Origin: Blastocystis sp. Blastoise
Taxonomy: Eukaryota; Protista; Bigyra: Opalinata
Reading direction: 5' to 3'
DNA: 64,000 nt
Assembly (NCBI GenBank): GCA_039096225.1
Contig: JBBPEB010000025.1
Coordinates: forward strand, 124,001 to 188,000
Shown here: positions 30,351 to 47,716 of the stretch, piece by piece
Numbering within the stretch: the first letter of the stretch is position 1
Layout of the letters: each line of letters starts with the position of its first letter
Program-made: the position numbers and the translations under genes
Notes under the pieces: model-generated
Database searches by the model: none
Seen by the model: the letters and a program-made list of their open reading frames with translations, nothing else
What the model was told of the DNA's origin: nothing

Positions 30351-31306
30351 ATGGCTTCGTTATATGAATTACCTGTGAAAAAAACGCCACATTTCTATAA
30401 TGATTTTTTTAATTCCTTTGAAGACCAAATGGAAGCTGTTAAAAAAGCAAGTACTGTATATGTGGGAAATCTCTCTTTCAAGACTAAAGAGCAACAAATC
30501 TTCTTTTACTTTTCAACCGTTGGTTCCATTAAGAAGATTATTATGGGTTTAGATCGTCTTCAGAAAACACCTTGTGGATTTTGTTTTGTTGTGTATATAT
30601 TATATATAATTTCTGTAGAAAGTCTTAGATTATTTTTATTTCATATTTCATATTGTTTTATTGTATTTTAGTTATAATTCAAGTGATGAAGCTCAGAAAG
30701 CTGCTGATTATTTGGATAATACATTATTGGATAATAGAACTATTAAAGTAGAAAGAGATTGGGGATTCAGTGAAGGCCGTCAATATGGTAGATCAAAATC
30801 TGGAATGCAAGTATATATATATATATAGTATTATCATATAAAATTATTGTAAATACATTATTTTATTATTGATATACATATTTACGTTACTGTTATTTAT
30901 ATGTTTATTTTAATATTTTAAATTATTCTCTTTATATTTCTCTTTATATATCCAATTAATATTCTATTCTATCTTATAACTCTTTTTATATACATATATA
31001 TATATGTATATATATTGATTTAGAGTAAATAATTATTTATAGTTTTATTCACTATATACTATCTTATACTCTCTATAGAAGAGAGATTATTACCGTACGT
31101 ATGAAGACCCTGACCGTGGATCTATGAATACTCTTCCGAATGAAGAAAGAAGAAATCCATTTAATAATTATAATCGTAATAATAATCGTAATTATAATCG
31201 AAATAACAGATATCCAAGATATGATAATTATGGAGATCGTAATTTTAATAATAATAAACGTAGATATGAAGATAATTATGATAATCAAAGAAGATCACGA
31301 TATTAA
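30351..31306 (+). CDS. NCBP2: Nuclear cap-binding protein subunit 2 (CBP20), 3 exons
   Basis: STVYVGNLSF, IIMGLDRLQKTPCGFCFV, DWGFSEGRQYGRSKSG; R/N/Y/D-rich tail. Confidence 0.95.
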
Positions 31307-31673
31307 CTTTATTTAACTATTTGCTTTTCGGTTCAATTGTTTTTCACTTTTCTTTTTTAGAATTCAATTCTGGCTTGTATATATTTTTCTTAGGATATTT
31401 AGTTACTTTTAATATGAATACTATCAACTATAATATCTAATAAAGTGATTCATTTGCTTTCTACAATAACTATGACAATATATAATATATACAGTTGCTT
31501 AAATACTTAATATTTCTGAATTTAAAAACTCATTATTCTTAAAACACAATTATCATTTTTTTTTTGACAGAAACTTTCCCTAGTAATAAATTGAAGACAA
31601 TCTTGTTTTATTTTTTTTTTTGAATAGTTTATACTTTATTATCTATTTTAAAATTAAAGCATTAAAACAAGAA

Positions 31674-33599
31674 ATGACTAAGAATAAGGAAGGAGAAAAC
31701 CAATATATACTTCATAAACTCTTGAGAGCCGGAGACATCAAGGGCTTTGAAGAAGAAATAATCAAGAATGAAAACAATACCTATAATCCTTATGTAAATT
31801 CATATAAAATAATATATAATATATTGTGTTTAGGGAAGTTCTGTTGATATCAATGATATGGATAATCTTGGATTATCACCTATGCATTTGTCTATCATGC
31901 TCTGCAATCTTGAAGCTCTTAAGATATGCATCAATCATGATGCAAATAAAACTCTTCATGTATTTTTTCATTAAATGATATCTTTATGATTTATTTATTT
32001 ATATTCAGTGTGAGCGTATGCCGCCACTTCATCTCCTATGTCATTCTTTAAGCATTTCAAAAGAATATGATTCAACATTTGCAAAAGAAGCATTTAGTTT
32101 ACTTTATACAGATAACGGAATTAATTTTTATGTTGATAAATTAGGAAGAACTGTATATCACTTAGCTGCAGCTTATGGATTAGTAGATATACTTGAATTA
32201 TGCTTTGAAAAAGAACCTGAATCCGTCAATATTGAGGATAATGAAGGGAATAATCCACTTCATTACGCAGCTAAATTGTATATATACATATATTATGTGC
32301 TTATTCGTAATACTTTATATCTTATTCACTATATTATTATCAATATAAATTTTATATAAATATATTATTTTTTATAGTGACCAAGTTGAATCTGGCCAAT
32401 ACTTGCTATCTATAAGTTCTGATCTAATATTAAAAACGAATAAATACCTTCAAAGTCCTCTTCATATGGCTCTTTATAATGATTCTACAACTGTATATAC
32501 ATTATTGATGAAGAATAAGGTACCTTCTCCCCCTTTACATGAAAAGGATATTTATGGTCATTCCCCCGTGGAAATATGGAAGGAAATAATTGATAAAAAG
32601 AGACAAAATGGTATATATATGGATTTATATTATTTATTTGATTATACTATTTTATACATATAGTATAGTTTATATATCTAGTATATTTTATTTATTTTTT
32701 TGTAATATTTGTTATATATATATATATATATATAGGAGGAAGGGAATTTCCTCATACTCAATCGCATCTTGGTATCTTTGTATCTAACGGCAATTATGAT
32801 CACGTGACATGCAAAGAACCTATTTGTAATCAAGTATATATATAGGTTTTTATTTGTTTTATTATTATTATTATTATTATATAGGCTGAATTGCCTCCCC
32901 CTGAGAATCCAGACCGTCTTCGTGTTTTATTAGAATATTCCCACGGGGGAAGTCTCTTACATGAGTATATTCGTACTCATAGTACTATAGAATTCGAAGA
33001 ACAGGAAATCGATATTCCCTCTTTACTGCGTGTTCATGATATTAATTATATTATGAAAGTCATGAAACTATCTAAATCACTTACTAATGTATATATATAT
33101 ATTATTCTTATAATGGATATTCTATATATATATATATATAACTATATATATAACCCTATAGACTCCTTCTACATTAACAACTCCATTAGATGGTGACACT
33201 CCTATAAGCGCGGGAACATTCAGCGCGGGAAGAAAGGCATGTAAATGTATATGTACCGCCATTGATACTCTTATGAAGGAAGACTCTGTATATATATAAT
33301 TATTTTTTTTGATAATAATAATTATTTTGATAATATATATATATGTATATATATATTTATAGAATTGCCATAATGCATTTGTGTGCGTGCGTCCCCCAGG
33401 ACATCACGTGGGGGTCTCAGGAGCCGTTGACAATGAGAACGTAAAGGGGGTTTCAAACGGCTTCTGTTTATTTAATAACGTTTGTGTTGCTGCTGCTTAT
33501 GCTCGGTATATATATATATATCTATATATATATATAGTTATTTATTACTTTTTCTATTACTATATAATAAATTTTATTTTTTATTTTGTTCTCTCTCTT

Positions 33600-33690
<91 letters not shown>

Positions 33691-34928
33691 ACTTAATAAA
33701 ACTACTCTATAGTAACATGTATCCCTCTCTGACGCGTATCGCCATTTTAGATATCGATATCCATCACGGGAACGGCACACAGGAGATCGTGGAAGCTTTA
33801 GTCCCTACCCTTCACGCACAAACACTCTCTCTCTTCAACTCTACTCTCACGTATATATATATATATATATACTATTTATGTTCTCTATATTATACATATA
33901 TACTTCCATTTTATATCAGTAATTCATCTATTCAATAATAATATATATATATATAGATCTTCTACATATGTATATAAGCCTTGGAAGGATATAAATGATG
34001 GTAGTAATACATTCTTTGCCTCTGTACAGGGCTATGGACCACTAGAGGGTAATACTAGGTTCTATCCTGGAAGTGGTAAGACTGAAGATGTACATATAAA
34101 TACAGATAATGTACAATTTGGATCATCTATGCAATTCTCTGTATATAGGATCCCTCCTCTTATTCTTATTCTTATTCTTATTGCTATTCTTATTGTTATT
34201 CTTATTGCTATTCTTATTGTTATTCTTATTGTTATTCTTATTGTTATTGTTATTGTTATTGTTATTGTTATTGCTATTCTTATTGCTATTCTTATTGTTA
34301 TTGTTATTGTTATTGTTATTGTTATTGTTATTGTTATTCTTATTGTTATTCTTATTGCTATTCTTATTGTTATTGTTATTGTTATTGTTATTGTTATTGC
34401 TATTGCTATTCTTATTCTTATTGTTATTGTTATTGTTATTGTTATTGTTATTGTTATTGTTATTGTTATTGTTATTCTTATTCTTATTCTTATTCTCTTC
34501 TATATATATTATATTTATTTATAATGATTCTAGCTATATATATATATATATAGACTCCTACAATTATTAATGTCGGTATTCCAAAAATAAAACATTCGAA
34601 TGGATATCCTTGGAGAGAGGCTTGGAGAGAACATGTATTCCCGCGGTTATTGGACTTTAAACCAGATCTCATTTTTGTATCTGCAGGTTTTGATGGTCAT
34701 TCACGAGATTCACTTAACCGTGGTTATGGAGCATTAAATGAAGAAGATTATAGTTATATCATTCGAGAAATCATTAAGATTGCGAATACTGTCTGTCCAG
34801 CTCACGTGATTAGTGTTCTTGAAGGGGGATATAGTATTGAAGGAGCAGGTGCTGGACCACTTGCACAAAGTGTACAATCTTATGTATATATATATATTAT
34901 TTTTAAATTAAATATTAACCATTTTTGA

Positions 34929-34959
<31 letters not shown>

Positions 34960-34965
34960 TCTCAG

Positions 34966-34997
<32 letters not shown>

Positions 34998-35841
34998 TAT
35001 TATTATTATTATTATATAGGTTGAGACTATGACTCAATGTTTTTATGAAGAATGTAATCCTATGGACTGGAAAATACAAGTATATATATATATATATATA
35101 TAATCTATTCATATATAGTCTGAATTTGAAAAGAAGGAATATGATGCTTTATTTACTAAAGTATATATTATTATTATATGTATTATATTTATTTCAACAT
35201 ACATATATACATGTATATATATATTTATAATATTAAAATGATTATAGAAACAATTGAGTTCTTCTTCTATGCCTACTCAAATAACCGTGAATAACACGTC
35301 ATTGAATGTATCTAAATATGTAGAAGCAAAGAATGAAGTAAAGAATGAAGATGATATATTAAAACAAGTATTAAATCAAGAAGAAGAAGAAAGCGAACCT
35401 GAATGTATATATAGTGAAGAAGAAGAAGAAGAAGAAGAAGAAGAAAGAATGAAACATGATGAAGAAGATGAAGAAGAAGATGAAGAAGAAGATAATAATA
35501 ATATAGATATAGATATAGATAAAGAAAATATTCATAAAGTTACAGAACAATTCGGTCTTTCTTCATCATCTTTTAAGAGTGATACTATTATTAACAAAGA
35601 AGAAGATGATGATGATGATGATGATGATGATGAAGATGACGATATGAATATAGAAGAAGATGAAGAAGAAGAAGAAGAAGAAGAATTACCTGAAGTAGAA
35701 GAAGGAGAAGCTGATAAATTATATAATCCATTAATTGAAACTGAAAATCATACCGTTATTTCAGAAGAACAACGTATTCAGGAACAACAAAATATCAACT
35801 CTATTGCAGGACGTGCTATGAGAAAACGTAAAGTGATTGAT

Positions 35842-35872
<31 letters not shown>

Positions 35873-36005
35873 TGAATATAATATCTGAATATACATAAAT
35901 ACAACATATATTATTTATATATATATCCAGGTTGCTTTAGATGAACAATTGAAGAAAGAAGAAGAAGAAATGAAAAGAAAACGATTACAAAAACAAGAGG
36001 AATAA
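31674..36005 (+). CDS. Ankyrin-repeat class II-type histone deacetylase with acidic C-terminus (about 15 exons)
   Basis: Ankyrin motifs GLSPMHL, GRTVYHLAA, GNNPLHYAA; HDAC motifs PENPDRL, RPPGHH, DIDIHHGNGT, FYPGSG, SAGFDGH, VLEGGY; canonical introns. Confidence 0.9.
34159..34494. repeat. Intronic array of 56 hexamers in three variants (CTTATT/GCTATT/GTTATT)
   Basis: 336-bp in-register array inside an HDAC intron. Confidence 0.9.
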
Positions 36006-36579
36006 CATTCTGTTTTAAATATTTTTCTTCTTATACTATATATATAGATCTTTATTTTTATATTCAATATACAAAAAACATTTATATTGCTTTCGTAGAT
36101 ATATCTAGACATAGTAATTATTTGCTAGTCACATTTTATTACTGTTAAAACAAAAAAAGTTTCTTTGCAGCGTTTTGTTCAAATTACGATAATTAGTTTT
36201 TCTTCAATAAAATTCAATATTTATATGAGTCTATTATGCTTTTTATATAAAATACGTTGAATATTGATTAAACTATGAACTATTCTTTAGAATAAAGTTC
36301 ATTTCCTATTGTGTTGATTGACATGATTTTCATAGTAACCCGTTCATCCAATTACATTATTAATTCGAAAAAAGGTGTTGTTTATTTGATGAACAGTATT
36401 TGACACAGTACTGTCGAATTATGACACGGATATATTATTTTGCTGGTTTTTTATTGAGTTTATTCTTTAAATTTATTTTAAATCAGAAATATATTTGGTT
36501 CATCCTTTTTATCTAGTCTGTCTTCTTTCTTTTTCGATTATTCTCATTTATTTCCTAATTAGAATAAAATAAATTTAAT

Positions 36580-39240
<2,661 letters not shown>

Positions 39241-40624
39241 TGTATAGATATTATTTTTTATTCTTTTTCTATGGAGTTTTTCTTCTTTTTATTTACATTC
39301 ATCTTCATCTGTTTTTAATATTCTATGTCATTGTTTTCATAGATATTGTTATATTTTGTTATCTCTTCATATTTAATTAGAAAAATGTATTTATATAAAG
39401 CAATTGAAAAATAAACATGAAATATATTTTCATCGAGTATTTGATTATGCCTATAATAGTGTGACCCTTAAACATGTGTATATTTATAAAAAATAAAACC
39501 CCTACAAAATTCTTCTTATGCTAAAAATAAATATTCTAACTCATTTGAGTAAAAATTCATTTGCTTTTGCTGTTAATCATATATTTTTGATCATTACTTA
39601 GTATATTTTGAGATCTTTATAAAAACTATTCATTTTTCACTAAAATAATAGAAAAACAAGATTCCTTTTTCTTATAAAAAGATTTACATATTTGATAGAG
39701 TTCGTCATAGATTACAACTACTTTTCTCAAAAGGACAAGAACAATTCTTTCAAGAGATTATTATGATTTATTCTCTGTATTGAACATGAGACTGTCTATT
39801 CTGTTTTTATATACCAGTAAACTATGAATACATGAAATGAATAAAATATTAGCATTTCTACTAATAAATGAAATCAAATATTCTAGTCAGCAGTCTATTT
39901 AATGCATTAACCACTTTCATTCAACGTAAATGCCAGTACATAGCTGTGCAAATCATTATGAGAAGTATATCCTATCTGTCTCATTAAATGATGGTCGACA
40001 TTTCATTTCGTTTTTTATAGATATTTTATTCTAATTCCTAATTGAATCTAGTTTAGATTAGATAAATATAGGCTCTATATAATTAGATATAGCCATAACT
40101 ATTAAAAGATTTTTTTTTAGTAGACAATAAAAGGAAAAGAATGATTTTTCTTTGTTTTTCGAGAAAGTAGGTATACAAAAGATTATATACTTGCAAGCCA
40201 CGCCTTTTTGCGTGAAAATAGAATCTTAGTAGTCTATTTAGTAAGGTGACACACCACGCGGTTCATGACACTTCTTTATATAAAAACAAGAAATCTATAA
40301 ATAAGTGGTTGCTAAAAAAAATGTCAGATTATCATGCTGCACATAATATCAAAGCGATCCTTTTGGTATTCTTCTGAAAAAGAGAAACTCGTCGATTTCT
40401 TGCTTAAGTATTGCTTTATTTGATTGGCTCTTTTTCCTACTTTTTAAGGGAACTGATTGGATAGATAAATGGAAAAACTAAAAAATGACATCAACCCTGG
40501 TCGCTATTTTCTTACGAACTCGCAATAATTGCCTAAAAGGAAATTTATGGCTTTACATGACCTGAGGGTAAATATTTGATTTTTATCTTCTTATTACTTT
40601 TTTATAATCATAACTTCCTTTTGA

Positions 40625-43600
40625 ATGTTAAAGATATTCATCATACTATTTCTCGTTGCATTTTGTATGATACTTCTCTAATGAATTCTAATTTATTCAT
40701 TTTACCTAGCAAATGCAATTACTTGCACAACAAACCAAGTCGCTGTAACTATTCGTAGAGTTTATGGTGGTAATGCTATGGAAGAAAAGTTATCTATTTA
40801 TCAAGGTACTTCTGCTACTGGTACTCTTTTAGAAACCATTGATGGTAATGGAATGGCTAATAAGATTGTTACTAAAGAATATTGTTTCGCTAGCTCTATT
40901 CACACTTTAGTTGCTGTTGATGGGTACATAAATTTATTGTTTTTAATGTTATTTTATTATTTTTTATATTATTTTTATATTTATATATATATTTTTATAT
41001 TTATATATTATTTTATATTTATATATTATTTTAATATTTATATTATTTCTATAATAAAATTTATAATATTATCTACTTAGTGCTGGTTCTGGTTGGTCTT
41101 CTGGTTCTGAAGTTTTCGTTATTATTGACGGTATTATTATTCTTAGAGAAAACCTTAATAGAGGTGAAATTGCTGAATGGACTTTTACTCGTATGTAATA
41201 CTAATTATTATTATTTCCAAATATTCTTTTAATAATTATTTTATTATTATTTTTAATTTTTTTTTAATAATATTAATATTCTTATTATTATATACCAACT
41301 TATTCCAATTGTCACTCTATAATATAATAATAATAAAACTCCTTTATATATATATAGCTACTTATTCTGTAAAGAAGGGTAGTTCTTGGAAATATACTGC
41401 TACTGCTCAAGTAGGTAATACTTGGACTACTGCTGCTTTTTCAGATGCTGCTTGGACTCCTTATAGTAATGGTACTTTCCCTGTAACTGTAGCTGGAACT
41501 GCTAGATATTATCGTACTACTGCTGTTCTTCCTACTGATTTAACTAATTATGCTACTTTTGAATTAGGTATTAATGCTAAGGAAGGTATTGTTGTCTATA
41601 TTAATGGTATTGAATTATTTAGAAGAAATATTGCTGATGCTACAGTTGTTGCTTCAAATACTCTTGCTACTGGTGAAGATACTACTTATGCTTATAGAAG
41701 AATTACTCATTCTATTAAGAAATATCTTACTGGAGTTACTCAAGCTGTTATTGCTGTTGAAGTCCATCCTGCTGCTACTACTGTTCCTGGAGTTGATTCT
41801 TTTGATGGCTTCTTTATTCCTATTTATGGTTCTTGCTCTAAACGTACTCATTCTGGTGTTGCTTCTAGTGTACCTACTATGACAGGTACCGAATCTGCTG
41901 CTTCTGCCTTTGATAATAACAGAGATACTAAATGGTTTGCAAATCCTATGCCTGTTTCTCTTACTTATCAATTTGATGATGGTAGACGTGAATGGATTAG
42001 TAAGTATGAAATTATTTCTGCTAATGATGTTGCAGGAAGAGATCCTCAAGATTTCACTGTTTCTGGTTCTAATGATAATGGTGTTACTTGGGATTTATTA
42101 GATATTAATGCTGCTGTTACTTATACAGGTAGAAAAGAATCCAAGATGTTCTTAATTCCTTCTAATGCTAGAGCTTATAATATGTATAAAATTGATGTTA
42201 CTTCTCTTAAGGATTCTGCTCAAACTGGTTGTCAATTTGCTGAAGTTGAATTTTATGCTTGTAATACTGATATTATTACTGGATTTGTTTATGAACAAGC
42301 TTCTTATACTTGGTATGCTGGAGTTGATACTGTTTATTTATCTCCTCATTCTTCTGGTTTAAAGACTTTTGCTCTTACTTCTCCTGCTACTCTTCCTGCT
42401 GGTCTCACTTTCAATCCTACTACTGGTGAAATCTATGGTACTCCTACTGCTACTTATACTGGTGCTTTTGTTATTACTGCTATTGATGCTATTACCAATC
42501 AACCTCTTACTTGTACTCTTACTATTTCTATTCTTACTTGCGAAGGTACTGGATTTATGAAACTTAAAGTCACTAAAACTTCTGGTGGTCAAACTCCTTG
42601 GTCTGAATTATATCAACTTATTAATGCTGCTGGACAAACTGTTCTTGATGGTATCAGTTTAGAAGGTGTTACTATGGTTCATAATATATGTGTTCCTGCT
42701 GGTATATACACTCTTAAACTTGTTGATACTGATTCTTCTGGTTGGCATTCTGCTTCTTTAATTACTATTAATACTATTACTAATGTTGATACTTATACTA
42801 TTATTAGAGATACTTTAGTTTCTGGTTATACTTCTTCTGCTACTCTTAATCTTCAATATCTTATTGCTTATAATGATGCTACTACTATGTGTAACATTCA
42901 AGCTGCTGCTGCTCCTGCTGCTAATTGGTATACTACTGCTTTTGTTGCTGATGCTAACTGGACTCCTTGTCTTGCTCTTGCTGCTAGACCTACTTCTCAA
43001 TATCGTGTTCATTATTTTAGAAATACTTTCAATGTCTTATCAAAGACTAATATGAATACTATTGAATTCCGTTTAGCTTCTGCTGAAGGTACTGCCATTT
43101 ATCTTAATGGTCAAGAAGTATATCGTTATGCACTTCCTGCTGGTGATGTTACTCCTGCTACTGTTCCTACTACTGAAACTTTAACTCTTAATTCTAGATC
43201 TATTACTATTGATCTCTCTAAAGTTATTGTTGGTCAAAATGTAATTGCTATAGCTTATGCTTTCCCTGCTGCTGCCACTCTTCCTATTACTGTTAATTTC
43301 AACTACAATGTTCGTCTTGTTGGTGCTTCTAATATTCACTCTCGTACTTGGGGTATGACTGCTGAAGGTCCTTCTAGAAGTACTTCTGAAGGTGTGTCTA
43401 CTCTTATTGATGGTAAATGGTATACTCGTTGGTTCTATAGACTAGTTGATGGTATTAATTTTGATCCTATTACTATTAAATTATCTTATTCTAATGCTGC
43501 TCGTTATGAATATTCTAATAAGTATTGTCTTATTACTGCTTTTGATAGTGCTAATGCTGATCCTACTGATTGGACTCTTCAAGGTTGTAATGGTGAAACT

Positions 43601-46600
43601 TGTACTCTTGTTGATACTGAAGCTAATGTCATGTGGAGAGCTAGATCTCAAAAACAATGCTTTTATATGAATGCTCATACTGAATCTTATAATAATTATA
43701 AACTTATTATTACCAAGAGTACTGGTTATAATGAAAATGCTGATTGTAATGCTGCTGAATTCCAATTATTAGCTGCTGATTTCACTTCTATTGTTGTTCA
43801 ACCTTTAACTTATACTCCTGCTACTGTTCAAGCTTATAAAGATGCTGATATCTCTACTATGACTCCTTCTGATAATTATCATGGATTTGCTATTGTTAGT
43901 GGTGTTTTCCCTTCTGGTATTTATCTTGATACTAACTCTGGTTTCATTTATGGTAAGCCTGTTCAAATTGCTCCTACTACTTCTGTTGTTATTTCTGCTA
44001 AAACTCCTTTGGGTGTTGTTACTCAAACTACTGTTACTATTACTGTTTCTAGTTGTACTGCTCCTAATACCATTCTTAAACTTGAAATGTATAACAAGGC
44101 TAGTAATGGTGGATCCCAAATGGCTTTTATTCTTCAAGATGGTGTTACTTCTCAACAAATTGATATGAGAAGCTCTTTCCCTGATTGGTCTACTACTTAT
44201 TATTCTTATTGTAGACCTGCTGGTTCTTATAAGATTATTGTTACTGATACTGCTAATAATGGTTGGGGTGGTGCTTATCTTCGTGCTTTATATAAGGATA
44301 ATACTGAAATCGTCAAGATTACTCTTGCTGGTAATGAATCTCCTAAGACTACTACTTTTGAAATTCAAGCTCTTTCTGGTCCTGATACTATTTCTTGGAC
44401 TTATTTAAATAGTGCTGTTGTTGCTGCTCCTACTGGTAATACTTGGACTCAACTTTCTTATTCTCCTGCTGGATGGGTAACTGGTACTATTGATACTATG
44501 ACTGCTCCTGTAGGTACTACTCAATATTATAGAACTCTCTTTACTGTTACTAATCCTTCTCTTTATGCTGGTTTTACTTATTCTGTTGATTTAATGGCTG
44601 GTGCTGTTATCTATGTCAATGGTGTTGAAGTTGATAGAATTAATATGCCTACTGGTACTATTACTTCTACTACTTTAGCTACTGCTGATTATGCTACTGT
44701 TCAAACTATTAGTGGAACTATTCATGCTCAATATTCTGGTGTTACTTTTATTGCTGGTCAAAATGTATTAGCTATTGAAACTCATAAGGGTACTATTACT
44801 CAACAATTCACTTATTTCTCTGCTTCTGGTTCTATGGTTGAAGAAGGTAAGAATCTAGTTATTAACGGTAATTATGCTACTAATGGTCCTAATTCTGCTG
44901 GTGCTGAAAACATTGATAAAGTATTTGATGGTTCTGTTGATACTAAATGGTTAGCTCAAGCTGGCTGTACTGGTATTTGGGCTACTTGGACTTATAAGAA
45001 TTCCAGAAAAGAATTTGTTACTTCTTATACTGTAACTAATGCTAATGATTGTAATCAAAGACATCCTTCTGGTTGGAAATTAGAAGGTTCTAATGATAAT
45101 GGTTCTACTTGGGATCTTCTTCATACTGCTGTAGGTGTTACATTTACTGCTTTTAAACAAGGAAAGACTTTTGATTTCTTACCTACTAAGGCTTATAATA
45201 TTTATAGATTTACTAGTACTGAATGTAATAATGCTCGTATTGAAACTGATCCTGCTGTTTGTTCTAATGCTAATCTTCAATTATCTGAAATCTCATTCTC
45301 TATAAAGAGAATTGCTTCTGTTTGTGCTGCTACTGCTGATGGATTCCCTGCTGCTGTTGAAGGTGCTTATTCTTATAAGGCTTGTGGTCAATATCTTAGT
45401 GGTAATAAGAAGAAATTATGTACTGGAGGTGTTTTTGGTGCTGAAGATGCTACTGCTTGTACTCCTACCGCTCCTACTACTTTCAGTTATCCTCAATCAT
45501 TATATACATTCTCTGTTAATACTCCTATTACTCCTATGATTCCTACTATTGATGCTATTCAACTTACTTATACTGTTACTCCTACTCTTCCTTTTGGTTT
45601 AGCTCTTGATGCTACTACTGGTACTATTTCTGGTACTCCTACTATCGGTGCTAATTTAGGTCAATATACTATTACTGCTACTAATAGTGCTGGTACTAAG
45701 GAAGTTACTATTCAAATTGTTGTTAATGGTGGTTCTACTCAACAATTCTGTAATGTTGAAGGTTCTTGGCCTATTACTACTCCTGGTTCTATTGCTACTT
45801 TACCTTGTCCTGCTGGTCAAACTGGTTCTCAAACTAGACCTTGTCTTGCTACTTCTCCTCCTACTTGGGGTTCTGTTACTAGTACTTGTACAGCTGCTGG
45901 TGGTACTGTTACTGTAACTTATCCTCAAACTACTTATACTTTATCTGTTGGTAGTATTGCTTCTATTATTCCTAGTACTACTGGTACTATTAATAGTTGG
46001 TCTATTTCTCCTCTTACTCTTCCTTCTGGTTTAACATTCCAAAAAGGTGTTATTAATGGTGTTCCTACTGTAGCTTCTAATGTTCAAGTTTATACTATTA
46101 CTGCTGTTGGTACAAATACTGTTACTGTTACTCTTACTATAAGTGTTAGTACTTTAACATGTCCTGCTGATGGTCAATGGCCTAGTACTGCTCGTGGTGC
46201 TACTGCTACTTTAGCTTGTCCTTCTCAATATCAAACTGGTTCTAGAACTAGACAATGTCTTAATACTGATCCTGCTACTTGGGCTGCTGAAGTTAATTCT
46301 TGTGTTTATACTCAACCTGTTATTGCTTATAATCCTGCTACTATTAGTACTAATATCAATGTAGCTATTACTCCTATTACTCCTACTATTACTGGGTATG
46401 CTACTTCTTGGACTATTACTCCTACTCTTCCTTCTGGATTAGTATTCAATGCTGCTAATGGTCAAATTTCTGGTACTCCTGTTGTTGCTGCAGCTACTTC
46501 TTCTTATCTTGTTACTGCTACTAATCCTAATACTAGTGGTACTACTTCTATTTCTATTACTGTTATTAATCCTCAATGTGCTGCTGATGGTACTTGGCCT

Positions 46601-47716
46601 GTAACTGCTGCTGGTCAAACTGCTACTCTTGCTTGTACTGATACTCAAAAAGAAGGTCAAATGACTAGAATTTGTGGTTCTAATGCTATTTGGGGAGCTG
46701 TTAATGATGCTTGTACTTATAAAGCTCCTGTTGTTACTATTCCTCAACAACAATATACTGTATATAAAGGTGATAATGTAAATATTGTTCCTACTGCTAC
46801 TAACTATGTTCAATCTTGGACTGTTACTCCTGCTCTTCCTACTGGTCTTACTCTTAATGCTCAAGCTGGTGTTATCTCTGGTACTCCTACTGCTGCTCAA
46901 GGTCAATTAATGTACACTTTAACTGCTCTTAATCCTAACAAACAAGGTATTGCTACCTTCTATCTTACTATTAACAATAAGGTTTGTAGTGCTGATAGTG
47001 TTTGGCCTCAAACTGAAGCTGGTACTACTGCTTATATTCTTTGTTCTGGTTCTACTACTGCTATTCGTTCTCGTGTTTGTACTGTTTCTGGTACTAGTGG
47101 TATTTGGGGAACTGAAGATGTTTCTACTTGTGTTACTGTATCTTCTAATGATAATCCTTCTGCTGATCGTTCTTTTGTTAAATTCCCTATAAGACTTGTT
47201 GGTATGTCTGCTGCTCAAATTCAAGGTAGACAAATAGCTGCTATTCAAAGAGTATTCTTCAATGCTGTTCAATCTTATGGTGTTGTTGCTACTGGTATTG
47301 CTGTTGAAAGTATTTCTGATGGTAATTTCTATGCTGCTGGTGCTCAAGTTGTTGTTCGAGTTGATACTGCTGCTACTAATGTAGAAGCTGTACGTTCTAC
47401 TGTTAATAATCTTTCTAACTCTTTAGCTAATAATTTACGTGTTCAAGATAGTACTGCTTTTGCTTCTCTTCAAAGTGCTTCTGTTGATACTGCTAGCGTT
47501 AAGGTAACAAATCACAATCCTATGACTACTGGTATGATTATTCTTATTGTTGTTGTTGTAATCTTTGTTGTCATTGCTGTTGCTATTGTTGTCTTCTGTA
47601 TTATGAATCGTGCTAAAGGTGCTAAGGGTAAGAAAGCTCATAAGAAATTAGGTGCTGTCCCTAAGGCTGCTACTAAGGTTCCTGCTAAGAAGGAAGCTAA
47701 GGCTACTAAAGTCTAA
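40625..47716 (+). CDS. Giant (~2240 aa) type-I membrane surface protein: 3x [jelly-roll + F5/8C-like] modules, He_PIG Ig repeats alternating with HRM-like Cys modules, TM
   Basis: Exons 40625-40664 (MLKIFIILFLVAF), 40711-40923, 41081-41191, 41358-47716; AFDNNRDTKW/VFDGSVDTKW; TPTLPxGL..GxISGTP; CxxxGxWPxTxxGxxATLxC..R.C....W.....C; TM MIILIVVVVIFVVIAVAIVVFCI. Paralogous to 7362-12623. Confidence 0.9.

Noticed and set aside
41574-47641. Many overlapping alternative-frame and antisense ORFs within the giant surface gene (also 9044-11089 and 5640-6670)
   Set aside because: By-product of extreme NNT codon bias, which removes stops in other frames; the products are featureless Leu- or Ser-rich strings.
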